DNA of 64,000 nt, taken from a bacterium. Lineage in GTDB: Bacteria; UBA8248. Position 1 is the stretch's first letter; each line of letters starts with the position of its first letter. This document shows positions 62,305 through 64,000 of this stretch, in pieces. Under the pieces are notes generated by a model, which searched no databases, had not been told where the DNA came from, and worked only from the letters and a program-made list of their open reading frames with translations. The stretch is taken from the NCBI GenBank assembly GCA_965204535.1, contig CBDBEV010000001.1, positions 1,152,001 to 1,216,000 of the forward strand, read 5' to 3'. Position numbers and translations under genes: made by a program.

Positions 62305-63261
62305 ATGTCAGGAAAAGACGTGAAGTACGGAATCGCCATGCGGAATTTCACCGCATATCCCGAACTCCCCGACCCGGAGGCGCTCATCGAATACGGCGTC
62401 GCTATGGAGGAGTTGGGCTTCGAGTCCCTGTGGGTGTGGGACCATATTCTCCTGGGCGTGGAGCCGCACTTTCCCATCATCGAGTCGCTGACGCTCCTGA
62501 CGGCGGTGGCCGCGCGGACGAGCAGAATCAAGCTCGGCACGGGCGTGCTCGTCTTGCCGCTCCGAAATCCGCTCGTGGTGGCGAAACAGCTTTCGAGCAT
62601 CGACCAGATATCGAACGGCCGCCTCATCGTCGGCATGGCTTCTGGCTGGTACAAGCGCGAGTTCGACGCGGTGGGCGTTCCTTTTGAGAAGCGCGGCAAC
62701 ATCATGGACCAGAACATCGAGATCATCACGAGGCTGTGGACCGAGGACATGGTGCGCGCCGAATACGGCCCCTACAACCTCAGAAACTCCGTCATGTTCC
62801 CCAAACCTGTGCAGAGCCCGAGGCCGAGCATCCTCATCGGCGGCTACGTCGATCGCGTGCTCAAGCGCGCCGGCGAGAAGGGCGACGGCTGGCTCACCTA
62901 CTTCTATACCCCCGAGAGTTTCACGAAATCCTGGGAGAAGGTACTTCGCTTCGCGGAAGAAGCCGGACGCGACCCCGCCGCGCTCGAGAGCACGAACCAG
63001 CTTCCGATCATGGTGGGTGACTCGCGTGAGCAGATTGAAGAACCGATGAACGAATGGCTCCACACGGAGTGGGACTACGCCTCCTGGAGCGAGTCCACGG
63101 CCGAGAGCGCCGTTATGGGGAACGTCGATGAGTGCGTGGCGCAGCTCCAGGCCCACATCGACACGGGTGTGGACCGGCTCATTTTTGTTCCCTACAAATA
63201 CGAGATGGAGCAGGTGGAAATCGTGGCGAAAGAAATCATCCCTCGTCTGAGAGCGGGGTAG
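62305..63261 (+). CDS. LLM-class (luciferase-like) flavin/F420-dependent oxidoreductase
   Basis: E.LGFESLWVWDH, T.RIKLGTGVLVLPLRNP, D.ISNGR, FPKPVQ.PRP.I.IGG, GDGW. Confidence 0.9.
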   Translation: MSGKDVKYGIAMRNFTAYPELPDPEALIEYGVAMEELGFESLWVWDHILLGVEPHFPIIESLTLLTAVAARTSRIKLGTGVLVLPLRNPLVVAKQLSSIDQISNGRLIVGMASGWYKREFDAVGVPFEKRGNIMDQNIEIITRLWTEDMVRAEYGPYNLRNSVMFPKPVQSPRPSILIGGYVDRVLKRAGEKGDGWLTYFYTPESFTKSWEKVLRFAEEAGRDPAALESTNQLPIMVGDSREQIEEPMNEWLHTEWDYASWSESTAESAVMGNVDECVAQLQAHIDTGVDRLIFVPYKYEMEQVEIVAKEIIPRLRAG

Positions 63262-63422
63262 GGTGAAGGAGGCGTGTGTTGCCCCTTTGTCATGACGAAT
63301 CGGGCATGGAGGCGGCGCTGCTGGACGTCGTCGAAGGGGACAGGGAGATAATGCTCCAGAAATTCAGAACCTCATGGGAGATCATCGAATGAGGTGTTTC
63401 CCTTCTTTTTAGGGTGTAAGAG

Positions 63423-64000
63423 ATGGGCATTCAAAAAAGAGCCTGGGATTCCTACAGGCGCTATTCGGAAAATATTTTCGACGCCATCGGGGCCACGCCC
63501 CTGGTTCGCCTGAACAAGGTGGCGGCGGACTTAGGCCCCGAGGTCTACGCGAAGCTGGAGTGGTACTCGCCCTCGGGAAGCCTCAAGGATCGCATCTACT
63601 ACAACATGCTCCTGAAGGCGGAGGAGCGCGGCGACCTGAGGGCCGGCATGACGGTGCTCGAATGCTCCACCGGCAACGCAGGCATCGCTTGCGCGTTCGT
63701 ATCCGCGGTGAAGGGTTATTCCTGCATCGTCGTCATGCCCGAGGGCATGAGCGATGAGCGAAAAAAGCTCATGCGCGCCTACGGGGCCGATTTGGTGTTC
63801 ACGCCGGGCGGGGAGAGCGACGTCGACCTGGCGCTCGAGAAACTCGATGAAATCCGCGCGGCATCCCCAGAGAAATTCTGGGTTCCCGCCCAGTTCGACA
63901 ACCTCGACAACAACGAAGCGCACTACCTCACGACGGGGCCCGAGATTTTCGAGCAGCTGGACGGGCGCGTCGACGCCGTCGTGGCGTCGCAGGGAACGGG
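63423..64000 (+). CDS. PLP-dependent cysteine-synthase-family protein, runs off window end
   Basis: Manual translation from ATG 63423: IGATPLVRL...YAKLE..SPSGSLKDRI...STGNAGI...MS.ER...AYGA...QFDN..N..AHY.TTGPEI. Confidence 0.88.
   Translation, partial: MGIQKRAWDSYRRYSENIFDAIGATPLVRLNKVAADLGPEVYAKLEWYSPSGSLKDRIYYNMLLKAEERGDLRAGMTVLECSTGNAGIACAFVSAVKGYSCIVVMPEGMSDERKKLMRAYGADLVFTPGGESDVDLALEKLDEIRAASPEKFWVPAQFDNLDNNEAHYLTTGPEIFEQLDGRVDAVVASQGT

Overview
High-GC bacterial chromosomal window from a diderm (it carries mlaE/D/C). Most of it is core genome: folE2, metH, tRNA-Leu-tig-clpP-clpX, tRNA-Val-thrS-infC-rpmI-rplT-pheS-pheT, zapB-like/zapA-6S RNA-5-formyl-THF cyclo-ligase-rny-ymdB, a methylmalonyl-CoA mutase catalytic subunit, alaS, csp, an EF-G paralog, pyrE and bioA. 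Main highlights: (1) a recoded selenoprotein at 44042-44587 (in-frame UGA in a GD-U-GSCSSC motif followed by a SECIS-like hairpin), co-transcribed with a conserved partner of unknown function; (2) an intact IS1182-family element inserted into the palindrome of a REP/REPIN-like repeat, plus several short non-coding elements with near-identical ends that carry such palindromes inside; (3) a LysR-associated cluster of unknown substrate (UbiD, CoA-transferase A/B, M20 amidohydrolase, LLM oxidoreductase, cysteine-synthase-like); (4) a cupredoxin-like plus membrane-protein pair between duplicated EamA genes; (5) an unannotated 49-aa membrane micro-protein between rpmI and rplT; (6) two apparent pseudo-enzymes. 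All family calls come from recognising motifs by eye; no database searches were run.
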